From: Syntrophales bacterium
GTDB taxonomy: Bacteria; Desulfobacterota; Syntrophia; Syntrophales; UBA2210
Reading direction: 5' to 3'
NCBI GenBank assembly: GCA_963665835.2
Contig: CAXXWJ010000002.1
Coordinates: 656,948 to 720,947 of the forward strand
Length of the DNA stretch: 64,000 nt
The notes below the pieces were generated by a model. That model ran no database searches, was not told where the DNA came from, and saw only the letters and a list, made by a program, of their open reading frames with translations. Positions 47,270-56,962 of this stretch are shown here, in pieces; the stretch's first letter is position 1; each line of letters opens with the position of its first letter. Both the position numbers and the translations under genes were made by a program.

Positions 47270-49081
47270 TTATGGAAATACGTAACTTGGATTGCACAAG
47301 CTTTCACCGGATTGTAGCTGAATATGAACATGCGCACCAGTTAGTTTCCCAATATTCGATAAAACTCCAATCGGTGTTCCAGATTGAACCTGTATAGGCA
47401 ATGGTGAATTAGCTAAATTCGTGGCTAATGAAACATGATAGAAAAAAAGAGAATTATTATCAGAAAAACCATTTGGCCTAAAATAAATACCCCCAGGCGT
47501 TAATCCAGATATTTGACCATGAGCGGGAGCCAGCAATGGAGTTCCAAATCCTTTATTCGGATTAGGAGCTACATCTATACCACCATGGAATGAGGTCTTG
47601 CCTGTTACAGGATGGGTTCTCCATCCATATGGACTTGTTATTCTTTCATCACCTTCGAATAACTGATGATAATCTAATTCGGATACCTTGCCTTGAGGTG
47701 AGATATTTTCAGACATGCATCGGGTACAATCGCCCATTTCACCAATGGCGGGTTCTCCAAACCATGTATTCCATTTGCTTTTAACATAACCCGCCCCTCC
47801 ATATCCAATCATTCCACCTCCTATTCCAGCAGCATAATAAGCCAGACCATCCAAGCCACCGGTAGCAGTTGCGAAGGCAGCACCTGCCCCTAGCATACCG
47901 TAAGCAAAGCCAGAATTAAGCGAATATAAACCTCCACCTAGTCCTCCTAAGGCACCACCTATTATTGCCCCTTGAAGTACCTGCCCTAGATTTCCCCCGT
48001 TTAAAGCAACACCTGCAGCACCTGCAGCCATGCCTGACATTATTCCTGCAAATACCGGCGCCGCAGTTCCGCCGGATAAAACAAACACTGCGCCTCCAAT
48101 AATTCCTGTAAAAAGAGATTTAAAAAAGCTTCCCAGACTGAAGTATCCCGACGGATCCACATACATCAAAGGACTGTTGATACAGTAGCTGTATCTGTTA
48201 AGTGACTGGGGATTGAATGGTGCCTGAACAATGGGATCGGGGGAGATGAATCTTCCGATCATGGGATCGTAGTATCTTGCGCCGTAGTTGTAGAGGCCTG
48301 TCTCGGGGTCGAGTTCCTGATCGGTGTATTTGTAGTTGGTGAGGGTGGCGCCGGAATGGGTTCTTGTTGTTCCGAAGGGATTGTATTCGGTGGATTCCAC
48401 GACACCACCGGATGACTCTGTAATAATCGTGGAGCTTCCCAGATGATCACTATGTAAAATATGGTAACCGGAGGTTGTAACTTTGGCTATACGAGTACCT
48501 CCGGCGAAGATGTATTTTGTGTATGTGCTGTCCTTTTTCTCGTAATGGGAACCTATGTACCAGGTGGTGGAACCGCCCTGTATGGTCTTCTTAACCCTGG
48601 TACCGTTGCCGTCGTATGTAAATGCGGAGGTTACGGTCGCTGCCTTCGTCCATGCGATATTGGTTGGTAGATTGTCGGCATTGTAGCTTATGGCACGGGT
48701 CGCTGTCTGCGTAGGATCGGTGAAGTCCGGCCCTGCGGTCATGTTGCCATTTCCGTCGTAGGTATATGCGTAGTTGTTCCCGTTGAAGTTGATATTTGCT
48801 ACGGCATGTTTGCGGGTAGTATCGTATGTATAGGCGTAGCTGTTGGCGCCGTATGTCTTGGACATTATGTTGCCGATGACGTTGTATGTGTAGTTTATCG
48901 CGGGATAGGCACCATCGCTGGTCTCGGAGAGCAGCCGGTGGAGTTCGTCGTAGGTGTAGTCGTAGGTTACATCGGTAACTATGTTGTGGATCTCCTCGAT
49001 GTCGCCTGCGGGTGTATAGCCGTAGCTCCAGTACTGCAGATCTCCCAGGACTGAGGTGGTACGTATGGAAGTGATCCTCAT
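47270..49081 (-). CDS. Orphan Rhs C-terminal cassette R2 with M23 (LytM-type) metallopeptidase tip
   Basis: Same Rhs core. After VDPSG (48146-48148) comes a Gly/Ala-rich hydrophobic stretch, then HGGIDV...GAHVHIQL (M23 HxxxD and HxH motifs). The frame is open upstream to 49348. Confidence 0.85.
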   Translation of the reverse strand: MRITSIRTTSVLGDLQYWSYGYTPAGDIEEIHNIVTDVTYDYTYDELHRLLSETSDGAYPAINYTYNVIGNIMSKTYGANSYAYTYDTTRKHAVANINFNGNNYAYTYDGNGNMTAGPDFTDPTQTATRAISYNADNLPTNIAWTKAATVTSAFTYDGNGTRVKKTIQGGSTTWYIGSHYEKKDSTYTKYIFAGGTRIAKVTTSGYHILHSDHLGSSTIITESSGGVVESTEYNPFGTTRTHSGATLTNYKYTDQELDPETGLYNYGARYYDPMIGRFISPDPIVQAPFNPQSLNRYSYCINSPLMYVDPSGYFSLGSFFKSLFTGIIGGAVFVLSGGTAAPVFAGIMSGMAAGAAGVALNGGNLGQVLQGAIIGGALGGLGGGLYSLNSGFAYGMLGAGAAFATATGGLDGLAYYAAGIGGGMIGYGGAGYVKSKWNTWFGEPAIGEMGDCTRCMSENISPQGKVSELDYHQLFEGDERITSPYGWRTHPVTGKTSFHGGIDVAPNPNKGFGTPLLAPAHGQISGLTPGGIYFRPNGFSDNNSLFFYHVSLATNLANSPLPIQVQSGTPIGVLSNIGKLTGAHVHIQLQSGESLCNPSYVFP

Positions 49082-49348
49082 GGTGAAGGGATCATAGTAG
49101 CGGTGGTCGGTGGTTCCGTTTACGTGGCTGACCTGACCAACGGCACCGGAAGGTTTGTAATTGCTGTGATAGGCATAGCCCCTTGAGTCTGATACCCCCT
49201 GTACCGTTTGCAGGAGCCACGTGCCGGCATAATAGCTGTATGATACCGGGTATCCGTCGGGATAGGTGATCTGCGTCGTCTTTCCTGCCAGGTCGTAGGT
49301 ATTCTGGGTATCGTAGTTGGTGGCATCGCCGGTGATGGTCTTATTCCA

Positions 49349-49440
49349 CTATGTCAAAGAACTAAGGAAGAGCGTTTCCAATATCACGAGCATGAGTCAA
49401 TAAGAGTGTCAATGAATTAAGTATACTGTCCCCGGAATAG
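49349..49440 (-). repeat. Cassette leader, variant J2 (J core plus solo GTATACTGTCCCCGGAATAG end)
   Basis: The J core is identical to the other copies. The upstream part ...TCAATGAATTAAGTATACTGTCCCCGGAATAG is shared with 50153-50243, 56963-57054 and 58253-58344. Confidence 0.9.
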
Positions 49441-49885
49441 CCCGCCCTCCGGCGAAGATGTATTTTGTGTATGTGCTGTCCTTTTTCTCGTAATGGGAAC
49501 CTATGTACCAGGTGGTGGAACCTCCCTGTATGGCCTTCTTCACCCTTGTACCGTTTCCGTCGTATGTATATGCGTAGTTGTTCCCATTGAAGTTGATATT
49601 TGCTACGGCATGTTTGCGGGTAGTATCGTATGTATAGGCGTAGCTGTTGATACCATATGTCTTGGACATTATGTTGCCGATGGCGTTGTATGTGTAGTTT
49701 ATCGCGGGATAGGCACCATCGCTGGTCTCGGAGAGGAGGCGGTGGAGTTCGTCGTAGGTGTAGTCGTAGGTTACATCGGTAACTATGTTATGTATCTCTT
49801 CTATGTCTCCCGCGGGTGTATAGCCGTAGCTCCAGTACTGTAGATCTCCCAGGATTGAGGTGGTACGTATGGAAGTGATCCTCAT
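49409..49885 (-). pseudogene. Truncated Rhs cassette R3 (homology 49441-50152), no toxin tip
   Basis: The Rhs core ends abruptly at ...KYIFAGG and is fused to the J2 leader of the next cassette. It carries the 47-codon YD-repeat deletion. Confidence 0.8.
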
Positions 49886-50152
49886 GGTGAAGGGATCATA
49901 GTAGCGGTGGTCGGTGGTTCCGTTTACGTGGCTGACCTGACCAACGGCACCGGAAGGTTTGTAATTGCTGTAATAGGCATAGACCCTTGAGTCTGATACC
50001 CCCTGTACCGTTTGCAGGAGCCCCGTGCCGGCATAATAGCTGTAGGATACCTGGTATCCGTCGGGATAGGTAATCTGCGTGGTCTTTCTTGCCAGGTCGT
50101 AGGTATTCTGGGTATCGTAGTTGGTGGCATCGCCGGTGATGGTCTTATTCCA

Positions 50153-50224
50153 CTATGTCAAAGAACTAAGGAAGAGCGTTTCCAATATCACGAGCATGAG
50201 TCAATAAGGGTGTCAATGAATTAA
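50153..50224 (-). repeat. Cassette leader, J core with J2-type upstream part
   Basis: Same sequence as the other J2 copies; abuts the MITE-like element. Confidence 0.9.
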
Positions 50225-50369
50225 GTATACTGTCCCCGGAATACACGCCGGAATACACCGGAATACAATACTGTCCCCGGAATACAGGATGAGTGGTACA
50301 GCACAGCGTAACGGAGAAGAGGGTTTCTCAACAGACCCAGTGTTCCTAGTTTTCTCGGAGACAGTATAC
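50225..50369. mobile_element. MITE-like 145-bp element with 15-bp terminal inverted repeats and four CCGGAATACA subrepeats
   Basis: GTATACTGTCCCCGG (50225-50239) versus TCGGAGACAGTATAC (50355-50369), 13/15 complementary. CCGGAATACA at 50236, 50248, 50258 and 50277. No ORF. Confidence 0.55.
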
Positions 50370-50678
50370 CTATTTCGGGAATTCCCCACGATATTTCACA
50401 AGGCCCACAGCCAATCCCAGAACAAACCTAGCATATATCATTATAATTACTAAATAAGCTCCTGTTGCTATGGATGAACCAGTCACCCCTGCTATTACCG
50501 AAAGGGCAAGTATCGTTTTAATAAGCGTTAGAGTTACGAACCCATACTGTTTATGGAAGTTCAGATAATCGTTTTTAAAGTCTATCTTTCTGCTTTTTAT
50601 TATTCCCACCAATATTAAATCCAGAACAAAAATTAATATCATTACAGTTATTGATATTATTACGATATAATTATCCAT
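50370..50678 (-). CDS. Three-TM small protein, putative immunity protein for the R4 toxin tip
   Basis: 102 aa, hydrophobic; starts 7 nt after the R4 stop. Confidence 0.6.
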   Translation of the reverse strand: MDNYIVIISITVMILIFVLDLILVGIIKSRKIDFKNDYLNFHKQYGFVTLTLIKTILALSVIAGVTGSSIATGAYLVIIMIYARFVLGLAVGLVKYRGEFPK

Positions 50679-51272
50679 AATGGTATCAATCCTCCGGGTA
50701 CCAGAACCCTTCTATTTTTTTGATGTTTTTGTCTATGGTTAAAGCCTTTTTCTCAAGTTTATATGCGAAATTATTATAGGCATTAATCCCAGTATTGGCA
50801 CTGCCCGCTAAAGACGGCAAATAGCGGGCAGCGCCATAAGCCATTATTGCATTTTCAAAACCTGTAACCAGAGAATCTATAACAATATAGCCGGTTATTG
50901 TAGAAGTAAAACCCATATCCCTTGCAAAAGAGTCACCCGGATGCAGTCTTTCATTGTACCAGAGTTCGAATACGGAAGTAACGGCACCTTGTCCAAATCC
51001 TGTTGAAAAGCTACCGCCGTATATTGCATGAACAGTCCCCCCTGTGATGCCTCCAATTATCGCATGACCGGCAACTTCTGATCCATAGGGAGCAAAATCC
51101 CTGAAATAGCTCCCCATACCTGCCGATATCCCACCGGTCGCAATACCAAGGCCAACGTCCCCTCCGGTAATGGCGGCGTTGATACCTCCGGCAGTTGTAT
51201 GAATGGCCACCTGAGTGCCTAGGGAAACAGTGTAAGATGCGTCTGCCAACTGTCCGACATCCTGAAGGTACT

Positions 51273-52625
51273 TGTTGAGTGCCAAGACATCGATAACGGA
51301 AAAATGTGCCAGCACATAGCAAACAAAGTTCTCTGACAATCGAATAGCGATCACGTAATTCTGTGAACACCAAAATAGATACGGAGGTGTTCATGGAAAA
51401 GGAAAACAAGCAGCAACGGGTCTTGGCCGTGGAGCGATTTATAAACGGTGAAAGTCCCGAATCAATATGTGCGTCGCTGGGCAAGTCGAAGTTCTGGCTG
51501 TACAAGTGGTTCAAGCGGTATAGCGAGGGCGATGCCTCGTGGTGCGAGGATCGTTCTCGTCGCCCCCGTGTGATCCCAAACCGGACACCATTAGAGATCG
51601 AAGAAATCGTCAAGATGGTTCGCCTCAATCTCTATAATCAGGGTTTGTTCTGCGGTGCTCAAGCAATCCTATGGGAGATAGAAGATCTTGGCGCCAAACC
51701 GTTGCCGTCAATCAGGACAATCAACCGGATTCTCGCCAAGAACGAACTGACACATCGACGAACCGGCAAATATGAGTCCAAAGGGACGGCATATCCCGTT
51801 CTGCCGTCAACATTGCCGAACCAAACCCATCAGGCTGATCTTGTTGGCCCGTGCTATCTGAAGGGACCGATTCGTTTTTACAGCCTGAACATCGTTGATA
51901 CGGCAACGGTCCGGTGTGGACTGCATCCTTCCATTGCCAAGTCAGGGCAAATGATCCTTGACGGGTTTTGGAGCGCATGGAAGCGGATGGGAATACCAGA
52001 GCGTGTCCAAGTTGATAATGCCATGTCTTTCTTCGGAAGCCCGACACATCCACGTGGAATGGGTCCCCTTATCCGACTCTGTCTGCAAAACGGTGTCGAG
52101 CCTTGGTTCATACCAATGGCCGAACCGTGGAGAAATGGAATGATTGAAAACTTCAACGACCGTTATCAACAGAGATTTCTCGGCAAAGTTATCATGGCGT
52201 CCATAGGGGATCTGCAATTGAACTCACTTGCGTTCGAACAGCGGCACAACAGCAGGTATCGCTACAGCAAACTCAAAGGTGATACACCGCTGAAAGCTCT
52301 TGCCGCCTCGAATGTCAAATTGAGGTTTCCAAAAGCAGAGGAGCCTCCCATGCATCGAATGAAAAAGCCGGAGATTGGCAAATATCACGTTGTGCGCCTC
52401 ATTCGCAGCAACCTGAAATTGAATATCTTCGGAGAATGCTTCTCGGCTCCGCCAGAGACCATGCTTGAATACGTGGTGGCTACTATCGATGTCAAAGAGC
52501 AGAAACTAAAACTCTTCCTGGACAAAAAACAGGTAGAGGAATTCGATTACAAACTGCGATAGCTCAGTTGAGTGTCAGCGATGTCGTGGCACAAAAAATC
52601 GTTATCGATGTCTTGGCACTCGACA
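51273..52625 (+). mobile_element. IS481-like insertion sequence, intact copy B (1353 bp)
   Basis: 26-bp inverted repeats starting TGT (TGTTGAGTGCCAAGACATCGATAACG). 6-bp direct repeat GGTACT at 51267-51272 and 52626-52631. Single 399-aa ORF. Confidence 0.85.
51363..52562 (+). CDS. DDE (rve-type) transposase, IS481-like
   Basis: N-terminal HTH, then HQADLVG, VQVDNAMSF and PWRNGMIENFN as a candidate D-D-E triad. Confidence 0.8.
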   Translation: MNTKIDTEVFMEKENKQQRVLAVERFINGESPESICASLGKSKFWLYKWFKRYSEGDASWCEDRSRRPRVIPNRTPLEIEEIVKMVRLNLYNQGLFCGAQAILWEIEDLGAKPLPSIRTINRILAKNELTHRRTGKYESKGTAYPVLPSTLPNQTHQADLVGPCYLKGPIRFYSLNIVDTATVRCGLHPSIAKSGQMILDGFWSAWKRMGIPERVQVDNAMSFFGSPTHPRGMGPLIRLCLQNGVEPWFIPMAEPWRNGMIENFNDRYQQRFLGKVIMASIGDLQLNSLAFEQRHNSRYRYSKLKGDTPLKALAASNVKLRFPKAEEPPMHRMKKPEIGKYHVVRLIRSNLKLNIFGECFSAPPETMLEYVVATIDVKEQKLKLFLDKKQVEEFDYKLR

Positions 52626-53938
52626 GGTACTGTATATATTCCCCGGCCCCATAAAAAGCAGCTGCGGTAATAGCCGACGTAACCCCCGCTTTTACGGCGC
52701 TTTCGAGATCTCCCGTAAACAAGAAGTTGCTGCCAGCAGCGCCAAGAGGACCTCCGTAGTAGAATGCTGCCGCTTGAGCGCACATTCTAAAGATGTCATT
52801 TTGCCATATCTCTGTAAATACATCACCAAAGAAATCACCTATTTCTTCAGCCCAATCTAAAGGATTCCATGACCAATATCCCGACGGATCGGTATACACC
52901 AGCGGACTGTTGATACAGTATCTGTACCTGTTTAGTGACTGCGGATTGAATGGTGCCTGTACGATGGGATCGGGGGAGATGAATCTCCCGATCATGGGGT
53001 CGTAGTATCTTGCGCCGTAGTTGTAGAGGCCTGTCTCGGGGTCCAGCTCCTGATCGGTGTATTTGTAGTTGGTCAGGGTGGCGCCTGAATGGGTCCTCGT
53101 TGTTCCGAAGGGATTGTATTCCGTGGATTCCGCGATTGCTCCGGTCGAATCGGAAAGAACCGTGGAGCTTCCCAGATGATCACTATGTAAAATATGGTAA
53201 CCGGAGGTTGTAACTTTGGCTATACGAGTACCTCCGGCGAAGATGTATTTTGTGTATGTGCTGTCCTTTTTCTCGTAATGGGAACCTATGTACCAGGTGG
53301 TGGAACCTCCCTGTATGGCCTTCTTCACCCTTGTGCCGTTTCCGTCGTATGTATATGCGTAGTTGTTCCCATTGAAGTTGATATTTGCTACGGCATGTTT
53401 GCGGGTAGTATCGTATGTATAGGCGTAGCTGTTGATACCATATGTCTTGGACATTATGTTGCCGATGGCGTTGTATGTGTAATTTATCGCGGGATAGGCA
53501 CCATCGCTGGTCTCGGAGAGGAGGCGGTGGAGTTCATCGTAGGTGTAGTCGTAGGTTACATCGGTAATTATGTTATGTATCTCTTCTATGTCTCCCGCGG
53601 GTGTATAGCCGTAGCTCCAGTACTGTAGATCTCCCAGGATTGAGGTGGTACGTATGGAAGTGATCCTCATGGTGAAGGGATCATAGTAGCGGTGGTCGGT
53701 GGTTCCGTTTACGTGGCTGACCTGACCAACGGCACCGGAAGGTTTGTAATTGCTGTAATAGGCATAGATCCTTGAGTCGGATACGCCTTCCACCGTTTGC
53801 AGGAGCCCCGTTCCGGCATAATAGCTGTAGGATACCTGGTATCCGTCGGGATAGGTGATCTGCGTGGTCTTTCTTGCCAGGTCGTAGGTATTCTGGGTAT
53901 CGTAGTTGGTGGCATCGCCGGTGATGGTCTTATTCCAC

Positions 53939-54016
53939 TATGTCAAAGAACTAAGGAAGAGCGTTTCCAATATCACGAGCATGAGTCAAGAGCAGACTTG
54001 ACCCCTTGGGTTTTAT
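53939..54016 (-). repeat. Cassette leader, variant J1
   Basis: Identical to 46595-46672 apart from context. The upstream immunity-like ORF reads 12 codons into it. Confidence 0.9.
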
Positions 54017-55094
54017 CCACATCAATTATTTTTGTCTTTACCGGCAAACTCGGTTGCTCAGTAAAGCTTAAAGGCAATTTTGGGAACCAGTAGGGTGTAC
54101 TACCGTAGGCAATAAAGTTCCATTTGAGTGTTTCTCTGTCTATTACATAGATTGCGGATCTTTTACTTGAATCAGCTGTAAACATTATTCTCCAAATTCC
54201 ACCTAGGAACTTCTCGAGCACAAACTGACTGCTGTCGGGCGACCATGGGAATTCCGTGATCGGATAAACGGAACTTCCAAACTTGTCACCCTTATTGTTT
54301 TTAAAGACCAGCTTCCTAGTCAGATTGTTCTTTGATAGCAAAATGATGTCATAGTATGCTCCTAACGTTGTTGCCAGACAGTCTCCCTCATAACACTCTT
54401 TTCCGCACGGCTCACCACCATATGTATCCACATTATCCGGCACATCCCACTTCAACACATGCCTTCCGTCAGGCGATACGAAAGCACACCTCGTCCTTGC
54501 AATAGGACCTCTTTGAACAAGAAAATCCAGTAGTTTGGACGAATTATTATAATTCTGAACAGTGAAATCACCAATTAAATAATACGTTAATATCTGGTCT
54601 ATCCCTGTTTCTTTGGCAATATTGTAATTCATGGGATAATCAAAAGCGGCTCCACTTTCAGTAATTCCACTATACATATGAATCTTTTTACTGTCCTTTG
54701 ACCACCAGCAACCTAGCCACACCCAATTACCCGCCGGTACAACTATCCGACGGAATGAAGCTTCCTGAAGATCATATAATCTTACTTCACGCTTATCGTT
54801 TCCTTGAGCATGAAATAGAAATAGATCAAATGGTATAACAAACATCCATCTCCCATCGGGGGATATTCGGAAGGCAGCAGGGCCATCAGCCACTACCCGT
54901 TCGTCACTTCCATCCGGGTTAACAGAAAATATAGTCCCTCTATTTTCGAACAGTATTCGTTCGCTCTGATCCATCGATTGATTTGACTTAGCCCTATCTT
55001 CGTATTTAATCGTATCTGATGCACATGAGACCAAGATGTTACTTAGCGACAGGATCATTAAGATACAAATAAAATTTCTCAACAGGTTTTGCAT
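53973..55094 (-). CDS. Lipoprotein with TolB-like beta-propeller repeats, putative immunity protein for the R5 toxin tip
   Basis: Lipobox LVSC. Repeated SPDGR/SPDS motifs (PD40-like). Lies 28 nt downstream of the R5 stop. Paralogue at 62135-63283. Confidence 0.6.
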   Translation of the reverse strand: MQNLLRNFICILMILSLSNILVSCASDTIKYEDRAKSNQSMDQSERILFENRGTIFSVNPDGSDERVVADGPAAFRISPDGRWMFVIPFDLFLFHAQGNDKREVRLYDLQEASFRRIVVPAGNWVWLGCWWSKDSKKIHMYSGITESGAAFDYPMNYNIAKETGIDQILTYYLIGDFTVQNYNNSSKLLDFLVQRGPIARTRCAFVSPDGRHVLKWDVPDNVDTYGGEPCGKECYEGDCLATTLGAYYDIILLSKNNLTRKLVFKNNKGDKFGSSVYPITEFPWSPDSSQFVLEKFLGGIWRIMFTADSSKRSAIYVIDRETLKWNFIAYGSTPYWFPKLPLSFTEQPSLPVKTKIIDVDKTQGVKSALDSCS

Positions 55095-55122
55095 GGCATA
55101 TTTCCCCTCTCACTTTACCTTA

Positions 55123-56889
55123 TCACTCACTGCCCCACCACCAGTAGCCAAGAGTGCCCGCATAATGAAAATTTGAATAATAATTCATTGGCGATGAATA
55201 TCCAAATCTGGTGGAGCAATAGTGGGGATTGAAAGAAAAAACGCTATAGTCATAATTAAATCCGTATTCCTTTTCATGTTTTGAATAATAGGGATCCTTA
55301 GGATCAAAATACGATCCGTTATTTTCAATGACCAAGTATTTTGAACCATATGGGAGATCAACATCGGTAATCGCAGCTGTGTGATTACCAAATCCCAGCC
55401 ACTGCATCAACTTCTGCTTCAAACTATTGCCTTGCAATAGTAACCTTGCGTTGGGGTTCTCCGCTCGAATTTTCGCTGCCGTCTCTCTAATCAATGTCTC
55501 GGCACCATTAAACCGTAATGCCATCAAAGCCACGTCAGCGGCAAAAGCGTAAAGAGCACCTTTGAAAGCACAGTCTTCTCCACCACCAATATATCCAGAG
55601 GTAAAACCTCCGAGGCCTGCGGCAATAGAATTACTCGGAAAACCACAAGCGATCAATCCGCCCGTCACGGTACCACCAATTGCTCCCAATGCTGCCCCTT
55701 TAATTGTACCTTCAAGAATATTTCCTCCATAAACCGCTGCAAAAAGTCCTCCACTTGTAGCACCTGCTGCACCTCCCCCGGCAGCACCAGCGGCAACTAT
55801 TCCTGCAGGTCCACGACCGGCAGCTTCAAATGCCCAAGCCCCTGTCTCAAAGCCTATAGCTCCCGACAATCCTCCTATTATACCCCCCGCAAGCATAGCG
55901 CCAAAGCTCCAATCACTCTCGATTCCTGAAATAAATGCTCCAATGAAAGCACCTATAAAGAAACCCCAGAAATTTCCGCTCGGATCGACATACATCAGCG
56001 GATTATTGATACAGTAACTGTATCTGTTAAGTGACTGGGGATTGAATGGTGCCTGTACGATGGAATCGGGGGAGATGAATCTTCCGATCATGGGATCGTA
56101 GTATCTTGCGCCGTAGTTGTAGAGTCCTGTCTCGGGGTCCCGCTCCTGATCGGTGTATTTGTAGTTGGTCAGGGTGGCGCCTGAATGGGTTCTTGTTGTT
56201 CCGAAGGGATTGTATTCGGTGGATTCCGCGATTGCTCCGGATGAATCGGAAATAACCGTGGAGCTTCCAAGATGATCACTATGTAAAATATGGTAACCGG
56301 AGGTTGTCACCTTGGCTATACGAGTACCTCCGGCGAAGATGTATTTTGTGTATGTGCTGTCCTTTTTCTCATAATGGGAACCTATGTACCAGGTGGTGGA
56401 ACCTCCCTGTATGGCCTTCTTAACCCTGGTACCGCTGCCGTCGTATGTATATGCGTAGTTGTTCCCATTGAAGTTGATATTTGCTACGGCATGTTTGCGG
56501 GTAGTATCGTATGTATAGGCGTAGCTGTTGGCGCCGTATGTCTTGGACATGATGTTGCCGATGGCGTTGTATGTGTAGTTTACCGTGGGATAGGCACCAT
56601 CGCTGGTCTCGGAGAGCAGCCGGTGGAGTTCATCGTAGGTGTAGTCGTAGGTTACATCGGTAACTATGTTGTGGATCTCCTCGATGTCGCCTGCGGGTGT
56701 ATAGCCGTAGCTCCAGTACTGTAGATCTCCCAGGATTGAGGTGGTACGTATGGAAGTGATCCTCATGGTGAAGGGATCATAGTAGCGGTAGTCGGTGGTT
56801 CCGTTTACGTGGCTGACCTGACCAACGGCACCGGAAGGTTTGTAATTGCTGTAATAGGCATAGACCCTTGAGTCGGATACGCCTTCCAC
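55123..56889 (-). CDS. Orphan Rhs C-terminal cassette R5 with Gly-rich segment and uncharacterised Cys/His C-terminal domain
   Basis: Rhs core with the 47-codon deletion and VDPSG (G at 55972-55974). The tip contains EDCAFKGALY and GFGNHTAAITD. Homology extends to 56962, with a ~75-nt deletion just inside the 5' end. Confidence 0.85.
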   Translation of the reverse strand: MEGVSDSRVYAYYSNYKPSGAVGQVSHVNGTTDYRYYDPFTMRITSIRTTSILGDLQYWSYGYTPAGDIEEIHNIVTDVTYDYTYDELHRLLSETSDGAYPTVNYTYNAIGNIMSKTYGANSYAYTYDTTRKHAVANINFNGNNYAYTYDGSGTRVKKAIQGGSTTWYIGSHYEKKDSTYTKYIFAGGTRIAKVTTSGYHILHSDHLGSSTVISDSSGAIAESTEYNPFGTTRTHSGATLTNYKYTDQERDPETGLYNYGARYYDPMIGRFISPDSIVQAPFNPQSLNRYSYCINNPLMYVDPSGNFWGFFIGAFIGAFISGIESDWSFGAMLAGGIIGGLSGAIGFETGAWAFEAAGRGPAGIVAAGAAGGGAAGATSGGLFAAVYGGNILEGTIKGAALGAIGGTVTGGLIACGFPSNSIAAGLGGFTSGYIGGGEDCAFKGALYAFAADVALMALRFNGAETLIRETAAKIRAENPNARLLLQGNSLKQKLMQWLGFGNHTAAITDVDLPYGSKYLVIENNGSYFDPKDPYYSKHEKEYGFNYDYSVFSFNPHYCSTRFGYSSPMNYYSNFHYAGTLGYWWWGSE

Positions 56890-56962
56890 CGTTTGCAGGA
56901 GCCCCGTTCCGGCATAATAACTGTAGGATACCTGGTATCCGTCGGGAGATGGTCTTATTCCA

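Larger units (their letters stand above)
50686..53793 (-). pseudogene. Rhs cassette R4 (glycine-zipper tip related to R1) disrupted by an IS481-like insertion
   Basis: ORF 52564-53793 ends ...AFYGAGEYIQY and ORF 50686-51354 resumes ...LQDVGQLADASYTV. Removing 51273-52625 plus one GGTACT copy restores colinearity with R1 (...GAGEYIQHLQDVGQLADAAYVV). Confidence 0.85.

Noticed and set aside
51011-51628. 205-aa minus-strand ORF spanning the IS481-like left end and R4 tip DNA (also 43617-44030 on the plus strand in copy A).
   Set aside because: It runs antisense to the transposase 5' region and out of frame through the Rhs tip. It is duplicated only because the IS is duplicated.
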